The notes below the pieces were generated by a model that was given only the letters and a program-made list of their open reading frames with translations, searched no databases and was not told where the DNA came from. Source: an uncultured Acidobacteriaceae bacterium (GTDB taxonomy: Bacteria; Acidobacteriota; Terriglobia; Terriglobales; Acidobacteriaceae). Taken from it: 64,000 nt of DNA. The translations under genes and the position numbers were made by a program. Shown here one piece after another: positions 47,921 to 58,581 of this stretch. Where the stretch lies: the NCBI GenBank assembly GCA_963767315.1, contig CAVYDK010000014.1, forward strand, positions 45,894 through 109,893. Direction: 5' to 3'. The first letter of the stretch is position 1; every line of letters begins with the position of its first letter.

Positions 47921-47976
47921 GAACAGGGAATTACCACCCACATATCAGGGAATATCAATTCCCTGATACAGGGATT
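47921..47976. repeat. cluster of CAGGGA motifs including a 9-bp inverted repeat
   Basis: AACAGGGAAT ... ATCAGGGAA-TATCAA-TTCCCTGAT-ACAGGGATT. Confidence 0.55.
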
Positions 47977-48175
47977 CGGATTGACTTCTTGATAACCGTC
48001 TTGCCCAGTCCACTAAGATCGCCGGTCTGTCGCTGTCCCCCGATTGCGTACCATAGGATTTCGCAGATGTTCGACCGTGTGGTTTTTTTACATCGGGGAT
48101 CGTGCTAAGCTGTGTCAACTTTGTCATCTTGCATTTCGGCGAAGTGAAGGTTCGAAACAAAATGGAGAATCAAAC

Positions 48176-50104
48176 ATGTCATCCAAATATCGTTTAGCAT
48201 TTTTTGTGGTTGCGGCCCTGTGCGCCGCATTCATGACGGCGAATCTGCAAGCGGCAGCGGTTGAAAACAAGCTGCCGGCCGCGGTCAGCATCAAGGACAT
48301 CCCCCACCTGGAGAAGCGCGATGGGATGACCAAGCTGATTGTGGATGGACGCCCCTTCATCTGCCTTGCGGGCGAACTGTCCAATACCGCCTCGTCCGAC
48401 CGCGAAGCCACCAAGGCCACCATCGCGCGCCTGGCGCAGGCCAATTTCAACACCGTCCTTTCGGTTGTTTCCTGGGACCTGGTTGAACCCACAGAAGGCA
48501 AGTACGACTATTCGATGATCGACTATCAGATTGAAGCCGCCCGCGCCAACAACGTGCGGCTCATCTTCCTCTGGATGGCCAGTTGGAAAAACGGCTTGTC
48601 GCACTTCCCGCCTCTATGGGTCAAGGCCAGCCAGGAGCGATTCCCGCGCGTGGTCAACGCCCAGGGCAAGACGCTTGAGATCCTCTCCACGCTGAGCGAA
48701 AACAATCGCAACGCCGACGCCACGGCCTTCGCCGCCGTCATGAAACACATCCGCGAGGTGGACAAGACCCACACGGTCATCGCAATCCAGGTGGAAAATG
48801 AAGTCGGCACAATGGGCACCACCCGGGACTTCGGCCCCGCCGCCAATGCCGCCTTTGCCGGCCCGGTCCCCAAGGAGCTGACCGACTATCTTCAGAAGAA
48901 CAAGGACCACCTGCGGCCGGAACTGAAGAAGATCTGGGACGCCGCGGGCGACAAGACCAGCGGCACCTGGGAGCAGGTTTTCGGCAGGAACGTGCAGCGT
49001 CCGGCGGACGATCCACCGGTGCCCAACAGCCCCAATCGTTCTAAGCGTCCGGCCAACGCCGAGCTTTTCAATCACACGGATGAGATTTTCATGGCGTGGA
49101 ACTACTCCCGCTACATCGGCTATGTGGCTGCGCAGGGCAAGAAGGAATATCCGATCCCGATGTATGTCAACACCTGGCTGGTGCAGCCCAACGACATCGG
49201 CGCGGGGGACTACCCCAGCGGCGGGCCCGAGCCGCTGGTGCATGACATCTGGAAGGCCGGCGGGCCGGCGATCGACATCCTGGCGCCGGACATCTACCTG
49301 CCGGATTTCGCCGGAATCATCCAGACCTACTCGCGCAACGGCAATCCCGCCTGGAATCCCGAAACCGGGCAGAACGCCAACAACGCGTGGATGGGGTTCA
49401 CGCAACTCAAACTCCTGTGCTTCTCCCCGATGGGCGTTGACGGGCGCCTGAACGCGACCTCGGAAGACCCGTTCGTGCGGTCGTATGGGTTCCTCAACTC
49501 GATCTCGGGTGCGATTGCCGAGGCGCAAGGCAAGCCGGATGCGATCAAACTGATCGAGCTTGAACCGGGGCAGAATCCCGGGAAGGTCGAGATGGGCCGG
49601 TATATCTTCGATTTCACCCCCGTGGCAGGGACTCGTGGCGGCCCAGCAGCCGGTGAACGTGCTGGCGCCGCTGCGCCGGCGACGAGGCCTGGCGCCCAGG
49701 CTGCGCCTCAGAGTGAAGGACGCGGCGCCATTATTGGGTTGTCCTTCCTCGACAGGCCTTTCCTGCTGATTATCAACACCGCCCCGGATGAGTATTACTT
49801 CGCGACCAACACATCATTGCCGTTCGTTGCTTTGCCAAACAACATCCCCAACGCCAGGGTCGCTGCGCCCGCCATCATGGAGCACGGCGCATTCAAGAAC
49901 GGCGTCTGGGTGATGCAACGCCGCGCCAACGGCGACGATATCATGGGCCGCGGATACGACGTCTCCGCCGCAGCCAACAACAACCTGCCCGGCTCCCAGA
50001 TACCGCTGGGCGTCGGGGGCAGAGGCGGCCGTGGCGCCGGAGCGGGCGACACCACGCACCAGCCGCCGACCGTGATGCGGGTTACCTTCTATCACTATCG
50101 CTAG
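48176..50104 (+). CDS. GH35/GH42-like beta-galactosidase with DUF5597-type C-terminus, secreted
   Basis: LIVDGRPF, GELSN, FLWMASWKNG, QVENEVG, YPSGGP, IDILAPDIY. Confidence 0.85.
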   Translation: MSSKYRLAFFVVAALCAAFMTANLQAAAVENKLPAAVSIKDIPHLEKRDGMTKLIVDGRPFICLAGELSNTASSDREATKATIARLAQANFNTVLSVVSWDLVEPTEGKYDYSMIDYQIEAARANNVRLIFLWMASWKNGLSHFPPLWVKASQERFPRVVNAQGKTLEILSTLSENNRNADATAFAAVMKHIREVDKTHTVIAIQVENEVGTMGTTRDFGPAANAAFAGPVPKELTDYLQKNKDHLRPELKKIWDAAGDKTSGTWEQVFGRNVQRPADDPPVPNSPNRSKRPANAELFNHTDEIFMAWNYSRYIGYVAAQGKKEYPIPMYVNTWLVQPNDIGAGDYPSGGPEPLVHDIWKAGGPAIDILAPDIYLPDFAGIIQTYSRNGNPAWNPETGQNANNAWMGFTQLKLLCFSPMGVDGRLNATSEDPFVRSYGFLNSISGAIAEAQGKPDAIKLIELEPGQNPGKVEMGRYIFDFTPVAGTRGGPAAGERAGAAAPATRPGAQAAPQSEGRGAIIGLSFLDRPFLLIINTAPDEYYFATNTSLPFVALPNNIPNARVAAPAIMEHGAFKNGVWVMQRRANGDDIMGRGYDVSAAANNNLPGSQIPLGVGGRGGRGAGAGDTTHQPPTVMRVTFYHYR

Positions 50105-50162
50105 GTTAAAGAGGAGAACAATCCATAAACTGAGAACCCCGATCGCGTGCGCCGTCCTTGGC

Positions 50163-51563
50163 TTACAGTCCGCTGGCACCCGCGGCGGAGACTGTCTTGG
50201 TGGCCAGGGGCGTCGCGATCGGGTTGATCCCCGTTGCGGGAGATGCGAGAGTCAGAGCGACGATGGTGTCCACTGTCTCCGGATTGCCGCTCAGCGTGAC
50301 TTCCACGCTGGTGTCGGTCTGCGTGCAATTGGCGTCACCGCCGGTGAGGCTGGAACAGGAAAGGACCTTTGCCGGAAGAGCGGGAAGCGAGAGGGTCTTG
50401 CCGGTGGCGTGCAGGATGTGCAGATAGACCGTCTTGTCGTGGAAGGTTGAAACGCCGTAGTCGCCCGGCAGGTAAGGCCCGCCACGCGTGGCGTAGATGC
50501 TCTGGCCATACAGCTTCAGCCAGTCGCCAACATCCCGCAGGACCTGGGCCTGCTCCGGATCGATCTGGCCGTCGGGACGTGGACCGACATTGAGCAGAAG
50601 GTTCCCGTCGCGTCCCACCACGGAGACCAGCAGGCGGATCGTCTCGTCCCGCGTCTTTACTTTGCCATTCGGCTTGTAGCCCCACACACCTCCCGCCATT
50701 GTGGTGCAAAGTTCCCACGGGTGCTGGTTGTCGAAGTCGCCCAGCGCCTTGTCTCCTTCGCGGTCGCGAAAGTCGGCCGGGGCATCGGTGCGGTTGTTGA
50801 TAATGACCGACGGCTGAAGCTTTTTGAGATTGGCGATGGCCTGGTCGTCCTGCCAGGAGAAGGACCCGGAGTAGCTCTGCCCCCTGGGCCTGCCCGACCA
50901 TTGTCCGCCTTTGAACTGGACTCCGCCGAAGCCCAGCCAGCTCTCGCCGCCGCCGTCGAACCAGAGAATATCGATCTTGCCGTAGTTCGATGCCAATTCG
51001 TTGAGCTGGCGATGATACTGATCGCGCATCTGGATGGCGCTGGGTCGATAAAGGTCCGGGAAGAAGAAGCCCGGGAACCTCCAGTCCAGCGGCGAATAAT
51101 ACAGCCCAATGCGCAGTCCCGCCTTGCGCGCGGCCGTGACGTATGCGGCCACGAAGTCGCGGTGGGCCGCCGATTTCATGGCCGTGTAATCGTTGCCCGG
51201 ATCGTCGAACATGGCGAAGCCATCGTGGTGGCGCGTCACCATTACGGTGTACTTCATGCCGGCCGCCTTGGCGGTGGCGGCCCATGCATCGGCGTCGAAC
51301 TTGTCCGCGGTGAACTGGCTGGCCAGCTTGGCATACTCGTCCACGGGAATCTGCTCGTTCCATTGCACCCATTCGCCGCGGCCGGGAATGGCATAGAGTC
51401 CCCAATGGATGAAGAGGCCGAACTTGGCATCGCGCCACCAGGCAATGCGCGCGGCCGCGCCGTCATCGGTAACCATGGGTGCTTGCGCCCAGGCGATGGA
51501 TGCTGTGATGGCAAGAACAAGCAATGCAAATGAGAAGCTGGAGCGGAGTACAAGTTTCTTCAT
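50163..51563 (-). CDS. GH29 alpha-L-fucosidase, secreted
   Basis: WWRDAKFGLFIHWG, TRHHDGF, ILWFDGG, PWELC, GNLLLNVGP. Confidence 0.93.
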   Translation of the reverse strand: MKKLVLRSSFSFALLVLAITASIAWAQAPMVTDDGAAARIAWWRDAKFGLFIHWGLYAIPGRGEWVQWNEQIPVDEYAKLASQFTADKFDADAWAATAKAAGMKYTVMVTRHHDGFAMFDDPGNDYTAMKSAAHRDFVAAYVTAARKAGLRIGLYYSPLDWRFPGFFFPDLYRPSAIQMRDQYHRQLNELASNYGKIDILWFDGGGESWLGFGGVQFKGGQWSGRPRGQSYSGSFSWQDDQAIANLKKLQPSVIINNRTDAPADFRDREGDKALGDFDNQHPWELCTTMAGGVWGYKPNGKVKTRDETIRLLVSVVGRDGNLLLNVGPRPDGQIDPEQAQVLRDVGDWLKLYGQSIYATRGGPYLPGDYGVSTFHDKTVYLHILHATGKTLSLPALPAKVLSCSSLTGGDANCTQTDTSVEVTLSGNPETVDTIVALTLASPATGINPIATPLATKTVSAAGASGL

Positions 51564-51821
51564 AGGGCCCTTTCCTGGCAGGATGAGCTTATCGCAAGTT
51601 TGCCGATCACGCTTTGCCGATCTTCCCTGAGTATTCTATCGAACGATAGTGCGGTTTCATCGCAGGTCTTTACAAGAGCGAAGACCGTGGCGTGGTTTTT
51701 CCTCAAGAAAAGCCACTTTAATAATTTTCGCGTGATAACAGTTGCGGTGAAACCGCTCTAGCCGGCGGAGCGCCCCATCAGAACGTACTGCATAGGCAGG
51801 AGTGCTGAGAACGCTCGATCT

Positions 51822-52793
51822 CTATTCTGCTTCTACAGAAACCAGCGTCAGCCGTGCAGTCAGGACCACCAGCGCAATCCAGAGCGAGTCGGCGGCCAGC
51901 AGATGCGCTACCTGGGTCCACACCGGGGCCAGCAGGGTTACATCCAGCACGCCGAGCAGATAGACGGCAGCGAGCAGCGCCAGCACCAAGGCGGAGAGAC
52001 CGCGCTGGCTGTTCTGCGCTGCCGCCCGCATCAGGATCCAGATCAGAAAAACGCCGGCGGCAAGGGCGGCCATCGGATGGACCCAGCGCCAGCGCACCAG
52101 CCAGCCGCTGGTCGTGGAAAAATCATGATGCAGGGCCCCGGCCAGCGAAGTCGCAGGAAAAAGCGTGTCGCCCAGCGCCGCCAGCGAACCGGTTACACCC
52201 ACCGCCAGGACCACGAAAATACCAGCCATTGCGGCCAGCGGATTTACCAGGCGAATGCTCTCCCAGCGATACCCCGTGCGGCGGCACAGCAAGTGCGCGG
52301 TCACGGTCAGCGCCGCCAGCAGCAGCAGCGTATTGGTCAGATGCAGCGCCAGAAAGAGGGGACGCAGCGGCGACTGGCTCTGCGCGGTCAGCCCCAGGGC
52401 AACCAGCAAAGCTCCCAGAATCGCCTCCATCACCGTCAGCGCCGCCGCGGCCACGGCGGATCCCCTGGCCATATCTCCCCGCCCGGTGGAACGGAAGGTC
52501 CACAGCAGCAGCCCCAGGACCGCAACCAGCGAGAGCCCGCTGGTGATGCGGTGGGTGAACTCGATGAGGGTATTCACGCTGGCGGAGTGCTGCAAGACGG
52601 TCCCGTTGCACAGCGGCCAGTGGTTCCCGCAGCCGGCCCCAGCCCCGGTGGCGCGCACCAGTGTTCCCCACAGGATTACGGCGATAAAGTACGCCAAAAC
52701 GGCCCAGGCAAAGCGCCGCAAGGCAGCAGAAGGCGACTTATGCGCATTCTTTGAAGCAGCCGAGATTGTCATGGAAGCTTCCAGACCCCCCAT
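51822..52793 (-). CDS. ctaA: heme A synthase (CtaA/COX15)
   Basis: GAGCGNHWPLCNG, EFTHR, conserved His in TM helices. Confidence 0.9.
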   Translation of the reverse strand: MGGLEASMTISAASKNAHKSPSAALRRFAWAVLAYFIAVILWGTLVRATGAGAGCGNHWPLCNGTVLQHSASVNTLIEFTHRITSGLSLVAVLGLLLWTFRSTGRGDMARGSAVAAAALTVMEAILGALLVALGLTAQSQSPLRPLFLALHLTNTLLLLAALTVTAHLLCRRTGYRWESIRLVNPLAAMAGIFVVLAVGVTGSLAALGDTLFPATSLAGALHHDFSTTSGWLVRWRWVHPMAALAAGVFLIWILMRAAAQNSQRGLSALVLALLAAVYLLGVLDVTLLAPVWTQVAHLLAADSLWIALVVLTARLTLVSVEAE

Positions 52794-52910
52794 CAGTGTA
52801 AATCAGAGAATCCACCGCCAACTGCCGCGCATCACAAACAATACAAGCCCTTTATTATTGTCCAGTAACGCAAAGGACAAACGGCAGGTGCGGCAGCCCA
52901 CGGCAGGTGA

Positions 52911-53999
52911 TTGGAGAGTAGGATGAGTTTGGCCTTGTTTCTGGCTTTGCACGACATGGACGACATGCCTGCCGGACACGCAATGACTGCAATGCAAACG
53001 CACGAATCCTGGTGGCATCGGGCCATCCAATGGGTTGCGGGCCTGTTCAGCACCCCCACCAGCATCTTCTCTCCGCAGGCTACGCCGGCACACACCATCT
53101 TCAGCCTGTCCATGCTGGTGCTGGCCATTACGCTGGCCATCTTTCTGGCCGTGGCGGGGTTGATGCTCTACGCCATCATCCGCTTCCGCCATCGCGCCGG
53201 CGACTCCAATGCCGATCCAACGCAGGTCTACGGCAGCAATCAGATCGAAGTGCTGTGGACGGTGATTCCGATTCTGATTCTGGTGGTGCTCTTTCTGGCC
53301 ACCGCTCGCGTCATCTCCGTAACCGAGCAGGCGCGCAAGCCTGCCAACGCGTTGGATGTGGTGGTGATTGGCCATCAGTATTGGTGGGAATATCGCTATC
53401 CGGCCTCGGGCGTGGTTACGGCCAACGAACTGCATCTTCCCGCCAGCGACCCGAAGGCCCCCACGCCCACCTACATGACCATGTCCTCGGCCGACGTCGA
53501 TCACAGCTTCTGGGTGCCGAATCTGGCCGGCAAGATGGATCTGATTCCCAACAAGGTCAATGTCATGTGGATCGATCCGCACAAACCGGGCCTCTATCTG
53601 GGCCAGTGCGCGCAGTACTGCGGCACCGGACACGCCAGGATGCTGATCCGCGTTTACGTGGACTCCCCGGCGGATTTCGCCAGGTGGATTGCCCATCAGA
53701 AACTGGCGGCGGAAGACGATCCGGCGGCGGCCGAGGGCAGGCTGGACTTTGAACACATCGCCTGCGTCAACTGCCACACCGTGACCGGCACTTCGGCCAA
53801 TGGCAAATTCGGCCCCGATCTGACGCACCTGGCCAGCCGCGACACCATCGCTTCCGGCACGATCAGGAACACGCCGCAAAACCTGCGCCAATGGATCGAC
53901 GATCCCGGCTCGATGAAGCCCGGAGCGCTGATGCCGAAGATGAATCTGAGCAGCCACGAACTGGACGCGATCACGGCCTACCTGGCCACGTTGCGCTAA
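52911..53999 (+). CDS. coxB: cytochrome c oxidase subunit II with fused cytochrome c (caa3 type)
   Basis: GHQYWWEY, DVDHSFW, CAQYCGTGHARM CuA, CVNCH; true start may be slightly downstream. Confidence 0.95.
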   Translation: MESRMSLALFLALHDMDDMPAGHAMTAMQTHESWWHRAIQWVAGLFSTPTSIFSPQATPAHTIFSLSMLVLAITLAIFLAVAGLMLYAIIRFRHRAGDSNADPTQVYGSNQIEVLWTVIPILILVVLFLATARVISVTEQARKPANALDVVVIGHQYWWEYRYPASGVVTANELHLPASDPKAPTPTYMTMSSADVDHSFWVPNLAGKMDLIPNKVNVMWIDPHKPGLYLGQCAQYCGTGHARMLIRVYVDSPADFARWIAHQKLAAEDDPAAAEGRLDFEHIACVNCHTVTGTSANGKFGPDLTHLASRDTIASGTIRNTPQNLRQWIDDPGSMKPGALMPKMNLSSHELDAITAYLATLR

Positions 54000-54030
54000 A
54001 GCACGCCTTGAATGCAAGAAGGAGAAACGG

Positions 54031-55716
54031 ATGATGCCCCCGCAGACGGCCGGCGCGATGACCTTTGATTCCCCGCCCGCTCATCCCAAGCTGTGGCTCG
54101 ACGCGGTGAATGAATGGCTCACCACGGTAGACCACAAACGCATCGGGATGCTGTATATCGGCTACGCGCTGGTCTTCCTGCTCATCGCCGGGCTGGAAGC
54201 CGCCGTGATGCGCATCCAGTTGGCCGTGCCCAACAATCACTTCGTCTCGCCCCAGGTCTTCAATCGCATGTTTACCATGCACGGCACGACCATGGTCTTC
54301 TTCGTGGGCATGCCGATTCTCTTCGGCTTTGGCAACTACCTTGTCCCGCTGATGATCGGCGCGCGCGACATGGCCTTTCCCCGCCTCAACGCCTTCAGCT
54401 TCTGGATCTCCGCCTTCGGTGGGCTGCTGCTTTACTTCAGCTTCATTGGCGGCGATGGTTTGTATGGCGCGGGCTCGGCGCCGGATGTGGGCTGGTTTGC
54501 TTATGCGCCGCTTACAGCCAAGCTCTTCTCGCCCGGGCACAGCACCGACTACTGGATTCTCGGCGTCTTCTTGAGCGGCATCGGCAGCGTGGGCACCGCG
54601 CTGAATATCGTGACCACCATTGTCTGCATGCGCTGCAAGGGCATGACCATGGCCAGAATGCCGCTGCTTCCCTGGCTCTATCTGGTCACCTCGGCGATGG
54701 TCTTCATCGCCATCGGCCCGCTCACCGCGGCGCAGATGATGCTGGGCCTCGACCGTTTTCTGGGCGCGCACTTCTTCGATGTGCAGGCCGGCGGGTCGGC
54801 TGTCTTGTGGATGCACTTCTTCTGGATCTTCGGCCATCCCGAGGTCTACATCCTGGTGCTCCCCGCCTTTGCCTTCGCCAACGAGATCATCCCGGTCTTC
54901 TCGCGCAAGCCCATCTTCGGCTACCCGGCGATGGTCGGCGCCACTGTGCTGATCGGCTTCATCAGCCTGGGCGTATGGGCGCATCACATGTTCACCGTGG
55001 GCCTGGGACCGGCGGGCAACACCTTCTTCACGCTGGCCACCATGATTATCTCCGTGCCCACCGGCATCAAGATATTCAACTGGCTGGCCACGTTGTGGGG
55101 CGGCAAGATCCGCTTCGCCACGCCCATGATCTTCTCCATCGCCTTCCTCTTTCAATTTCTGATCGCCGGCCTGACCGGCATCATGCTCTCCGCCGCGCCC
55201 TTCGACTGGCAGCTGGGCAACTCCTACTTCGTGGTGGCGCACTTCCACTTCGTTTTGGTGGGCGCGATTCTCTACATGATCTTCGCCGCCTTCTACTACT
55301 GGTTCCCCAAGATGTCTGGCAAAATGCTGAGCGAGACGCTGGGCAAGTGGCACTTCTGGCTCTTCACCATCGGCTTCCATCTCACCTTCGACTTCATGCA
55401 CATCCCCGGCTTGATGGGAATGCCGCGCAGAATCTACACCTACGAGGCCGACCGCGGCTGGGCCGTGTGGAACATGATCGAGAGCATCGGCATGATCTTC
55501 CAGGCGGCGGCCATCCTCATCTTCGTATGGAATGTGGTCCGCTCCTATCGTCACGGCGAAGAAGCCGGCCCCGATCCGTGGGATGCGTGGACGCTGGAGT
55601 GGTCCACCGCATCGCCGCCGCCGCACTACAACTTTGCCGAGGAGCCGGTGGTGCATAGCCGCCGTCCCCTGTGGGACCTCAAACATCCCCAATCACCCGA
55701 CTCCGACTACGAGTAG
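54031..55716 (+). CDS. coxA: cytochrome c oxidase subunit I (A1 type)
   Basis: TTVDHKRIG, HGTTM, GHPEVY, WAHHM, HFHFV. Confidence 0.97.
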   Translation: MMPPQTAGAMTFDSPPAHPKLWLDAVNEWLTTVDHKRIGMLYIGYALVFLLIAGLEAAVMRIQLAVPNNHFVSPQVFNRMFTMHGTTMVFFVGMPILFGFGNYLVPLMIGARDMAFPRLNAFSFWISAFGGLLLYFSFIGGDGLYGAGSAPDVGWFAYAPLTAKLFSPGHSTDYWILGVFLSGIGSVGTALNIVTTIVCMRCKGMTMARMPLLPWLYLVTSAMVFIAIGPLTAAQMMLGLDRFLGAHFFDVQAGGSAVLWMHFFWIFGHPEVYILVLPAFAFANEIIPVFSRKPIFGYPAMVGATVLIGFISLGVWAHHMFTVGLGPAGNTFFTLATMIISVPTGIKIFNWLATLWGGKIRFATPMIFSIAFLFQFLIAGLTGIMLSAAPFDWQLGNSYFVVAHFHFVLVGAILYMIFAAFYYWFPKMSGKMLSETLGKWHFWLFTIGFHLTFDFMHIPGLMGMPRRIYTYEADRGWAVWNMIESIGMIFQAAAILIFVWNVVRSYRHGEEAGPDPWDAWTLEWSTASPPPHYNFAEEPVVHSRRPLWDLKHPQSPDSDYE

Positions 55717-55724
55717 ACAGGCTT

Positions 55725-56321
55725 ATGAGCGCATATACCGCGGCACTGACGCAATCCACCGGCGAATGGCAGTTGCCGGACAAAGGCAAGGTGGGCATGG
55801 TCTGCCTCATCGTGGCCGAGGCGGCAATCTTCATCATCTTTGTCCTTGCCTACATCTTTTACCTCGGCAAAAGCCTCAGCGGGCCCACGCCCGCGGAAGT
55901 GCTCAAGCTGCCGGTCCTGGGAACGGTGTGTTTGTTGTCGAGCAGTCTCACCGTGCACTTCGCGGTGACTGCTTTAGAGAGAAACGCGGCGCGGCTGAGT
56001 TCCCTGTGGCTGGCACTGACGGTGTTGCTGGGCGGCATCTTTCTCGCCGACACCGCGGTGGAGTGGCATGAGCTGATCTACCAACACGGCCTGACCATTC
56101 GCACCAATCTCTTTGGCACAACCTTCTATTCGCTGGTTGGTCTTCATGCTTCGCACGTTATCGTGGGGCTGGGCATGTTGGGCCTGGCGCTGCTCTTCGC
56201 GGTGGCGGGCAAGCTGAACGGCAGCCACGCGCATCGACTGCACGTCCTCTCGTATTATTGGCATTTCGTGGACGCGGTGTGGGTGGTGGTCTTCATCGTC
56301 ATCTATGGACTGGGAAGGTAA
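55725..56321 (+). CDS. coxC: cytochrome c oxidase subunit III
   Basis: FYSLVGLHASHV, YWHFVDAVW. Confidence 0.94.
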   Translation: MSAYTAALTQSTGEWQLPDKGKVGMVCLIVAEAAIFIIFVLAYIFYLGKSLSGPTPAEVLKLPVLGTVCLLSSSLTVHFAVTALERNAARLSSLWLALTVLLGGIFLADTAVEWHELIYQHGLTIRTNLFGTTFYSLVGLHASHVIVGLGMLGLALLFAVAGKLNGSHAHRLHVLSYYWHFVDAVWVVVFIVIYGLGR

Positions 56322-56322
56322 G

Positions 56323-57174
56323 GTGAACGCAGTGCAAGGACCGGGAAAAGGAATGCGCACGGAACACACCGCATCGCTGCATCTGCCTGCGCCCACGGTA
56401 TGGCCCATGGTGCTGGGCTTGGGCATCACGCTGATTGCAGCCGGCCTCGTCACAAGCGAGACCATCTCCGTGCTGGGCCTGGTCCTCTCTTCGATGGCCG
56501 CGGTCGGTTGGTTCCGCAACGTGCTGCCGCGCGAGAAGTACGAGCAGATCACGGTGCCGGTCTCTGCCGAGGCCGTGGCCCAGGCCTCCGCGCAACCATT
56601 GCGTTCGCCGCGCGCGCCCGTCCTCGTGCGCCCCGCCTACAGCTTCGTCTCCGGCATCGAAGCCGGACTGGCGGGCGGCACGGCCATGGCCATAATCGCA
56701 ACTGTCTTCGGTTGGATCCAGTTTCACAGCCTCTGGTTCAGCATCAATCTGCTGGCTGCGGGCAACTTCATCGGATGGACAGATGCGACCGACGGCTTCC
56801 TCAGCCAGTTCCATCCGCAGGGACTTATGGCCGCGCTGGCCATTCACGCCATGGTCTCCGTGCTGGTGGGCCTGCTCTATGGCGCGATGCTGCCAATCTT
56901 CCCGCGCAAGTCGCTGCTGACTGCCGGATTGATTGCTCCGCTGCTGTGGTCTGCCCTGGCCTGCTCCATGATGAAGATCGTCAGCCCCATCCTCGGCGAA
57001 CGCATGAATTGGTGGTGGTTCGTGCTCTCCCAGGTCGCCTTTGGACTGGTTGCGGCAGCAGTGATCAATCTTCGCGTCAAGGTGCGCTCAGCCGAGTTTC
57101 AGGCGCTTCCTTTCGCCACGCGCGCGGGCTTGCATACCGATTCTAAGATCGGCAAAGACGAGGGCCGGCGATGA
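56323..57174 (+). CDS. membrane protein, N-terminus resembling oxidase subunit IV
   Basis: LPAPTVWPMVLGLG followed by ~6 further TM helices. Confidence 0.65.
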   Translation: MNAVQGPGKGMRTEHTASLHLPAPTVWPMVLGLGITLIAAGLVTSETISVLGLVLSSMAAVGWFRNVLPREKYEQITVPVSAEAVAQASAQPLRSPRAPVLVRPAYSFVSGIEAGLAGGTAMAIIATVFGWIQFHSLWFSINLLAAGNFIGWTDATDGFLSQFHPQGLMAALAIHAMVSVLVGLLYGAMLPIFPRKSLLTAGLIAPLLWSALACSMMKIVSPILGERMNWWWFVLSQVAFGLVAAAVINLRVKVRSAEFQALPFATRAGLHTDSKIGKDEGRR

Positions 57175-57908
57175 GCGGAACCACGGCAACAACTCCTCGC
57201 ATCGCTCTCGTTCTAGCGGGCTGCATGATGCTCGTCCTCGTTGGCTGCCGCGCTCCGGGCAAGCCCGGCCCTGCCGAACCAAGGCCCGATCAGGTGATGG
57301 AGTTTGCCAAACTCTACAAACAGAACTGCGCCGCCTGTCACGGAGAGCAGGGCAAGCGCGGCCTGGCTGTATCGCTTTCCAACCCCGTCTACATCGCCAT
57401 CGCCGGTAAGGAGGCGATCCTCAATGCAACGGCCAAAGGCGGGCCCGGCAAGCTGATGCCGGCTTTCGCCAAAAGTTATGGCGGGACGCTGACCGATGCG
57501 CAGATTGAAGTGCTGGCCGGCGGCATCGTGCGGCACTGGGGACAACCCCAACTGCTGGCCGGGCAAAACCCGCCTTCGTATGCGGCCACGCTGGCGGGCG
57601 ATGCCTCGGCAGGCAAGGCGGCTTACACGGCATATTGCACGCGCTGCCACGCCGCGGAGGCAATCGACCAGACGCACACTGCAGGCCCCATTACCGATGC
57701 GAATTATCTGGCGCTGATCAGCGATCAGGGACTGCGCACCGCAATTCTTTCCGGCCGTCCCGAAGAAGGCATGCCGGACTGGCGCGGCACTGCACCCAGG
57801 CCCCTGACCGATCGGCAGGTCACCGACATCGTTGCGTGGCTGGCCTCGTTGCGCAAGACGCCAGCTTCACCGAACACCGCCCCAAGCAAGGAGAAGAGCC
57901 ATGAGTAA
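57171..57908 (+). CDS. di-heme c-type cytochrome, lipoprotein
   Basis: LVGC lipobox; CAACH and CTRCH. Confidence 0.9.
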   Translation: MSGTTATTPRIALVLAGCMMLVLVGCRAPGKPGPAEPRPDQVMEFAKLYKQNCAACHGEQGKRGLAVSLSNPVYIAIAGKEAILNATAKGGPGKLMPAFAKSYGGTLTDAQIEVLAGGIVRHWGQPQLLAGQNPPSYAATLAGDASAGKAAYTAYCTRCHAAEAIDQTHTAGPITDANYLALISDQGLRTAILSGRPEEGMPDWRGTAPRPLTDRQVTDIVAWLASLRKTPASPNTAPSKEKSHE

Positions 57909-58581
57909 ACCGACTGAAGAAACTCCGTTGCCTGCACCCTCAGTGTGGCTCGGCACGACCAGAGAGATCGAGGACGCGCACACCAGCGCAACCTCGCGGC
58001 GTAGCTTTCTCTTCAAGGTGGCGATCGGTCTGAACGCTGTGGTGGGCGCGGTTCTGGCTGTGCCGATTGTCGGCTTTCTGCTGGGTCCGGCGATGAAGAA
58101 AGAAGGCGCGGAGGACAAATGGATTGCGCTCGGCACGGTCGGTTCCTTTCCGATTGGCGAGACGCGGCTGGCCGAGTTCGTGAATCCCATCACCAGCCCC
58201 AGCGATGGCGATACCGCGAAGACGGTCGCATGGGTTCGTCACGCCGACGATGGAAACTTTCAGGTATTTGCCATCAATTGCGCGCATCTGGGTTGCCCGG
58301 TGCGCTGGTTCGAGCAATCCAAGCTCTTCCTCTGCCCCTGTCACGGCGGCGCGTATTATGCCGATGGTTCGCGCGCATCGGGACCGCCAGAGCGTGGACT
58401 CTTCGAGTACCTGCACTGCATCGAAGGCGGCAATTTGATGATTCGTGCCGGGCAATTGCCCACGCTAACCACCCAGGCCTGCGCGGGCAAAGCTCCGCGG
58501 GTCGAGACTGCAGCGCAGCCGTCCACACCGGGCTTGCTTGCCATTCAGGCGCCGGCCGCCGCGCCGCAAGAGAGGTCCTAG
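57901..58581 (+). CDS. Rieske iron-sulfur protein of the bc complex
   Basis: SRRSFL Tat signal; CAHLGC and CPCHG. Confidence 0.93.
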   Translation: MSKPTEETPLPAPSVWLGTTREIEDAHTSATSRRSFLFKVAIGLNAVVGAVLAVPIVGFLLGPAMKKEGAEDKWIALGTVGSFPIGETRLAEFVNPITSPSDGDTAKTVAWVRHADDGNFQVFAINCAHLGCPVRWFEQSKLFLCPCHGGAYYADGSRASGPPERGLFEYLHCIEGGNLMIRAGQLPTLTTQACAGKAPRVETAAQPSTPGLLAIQAPAAAPQERS

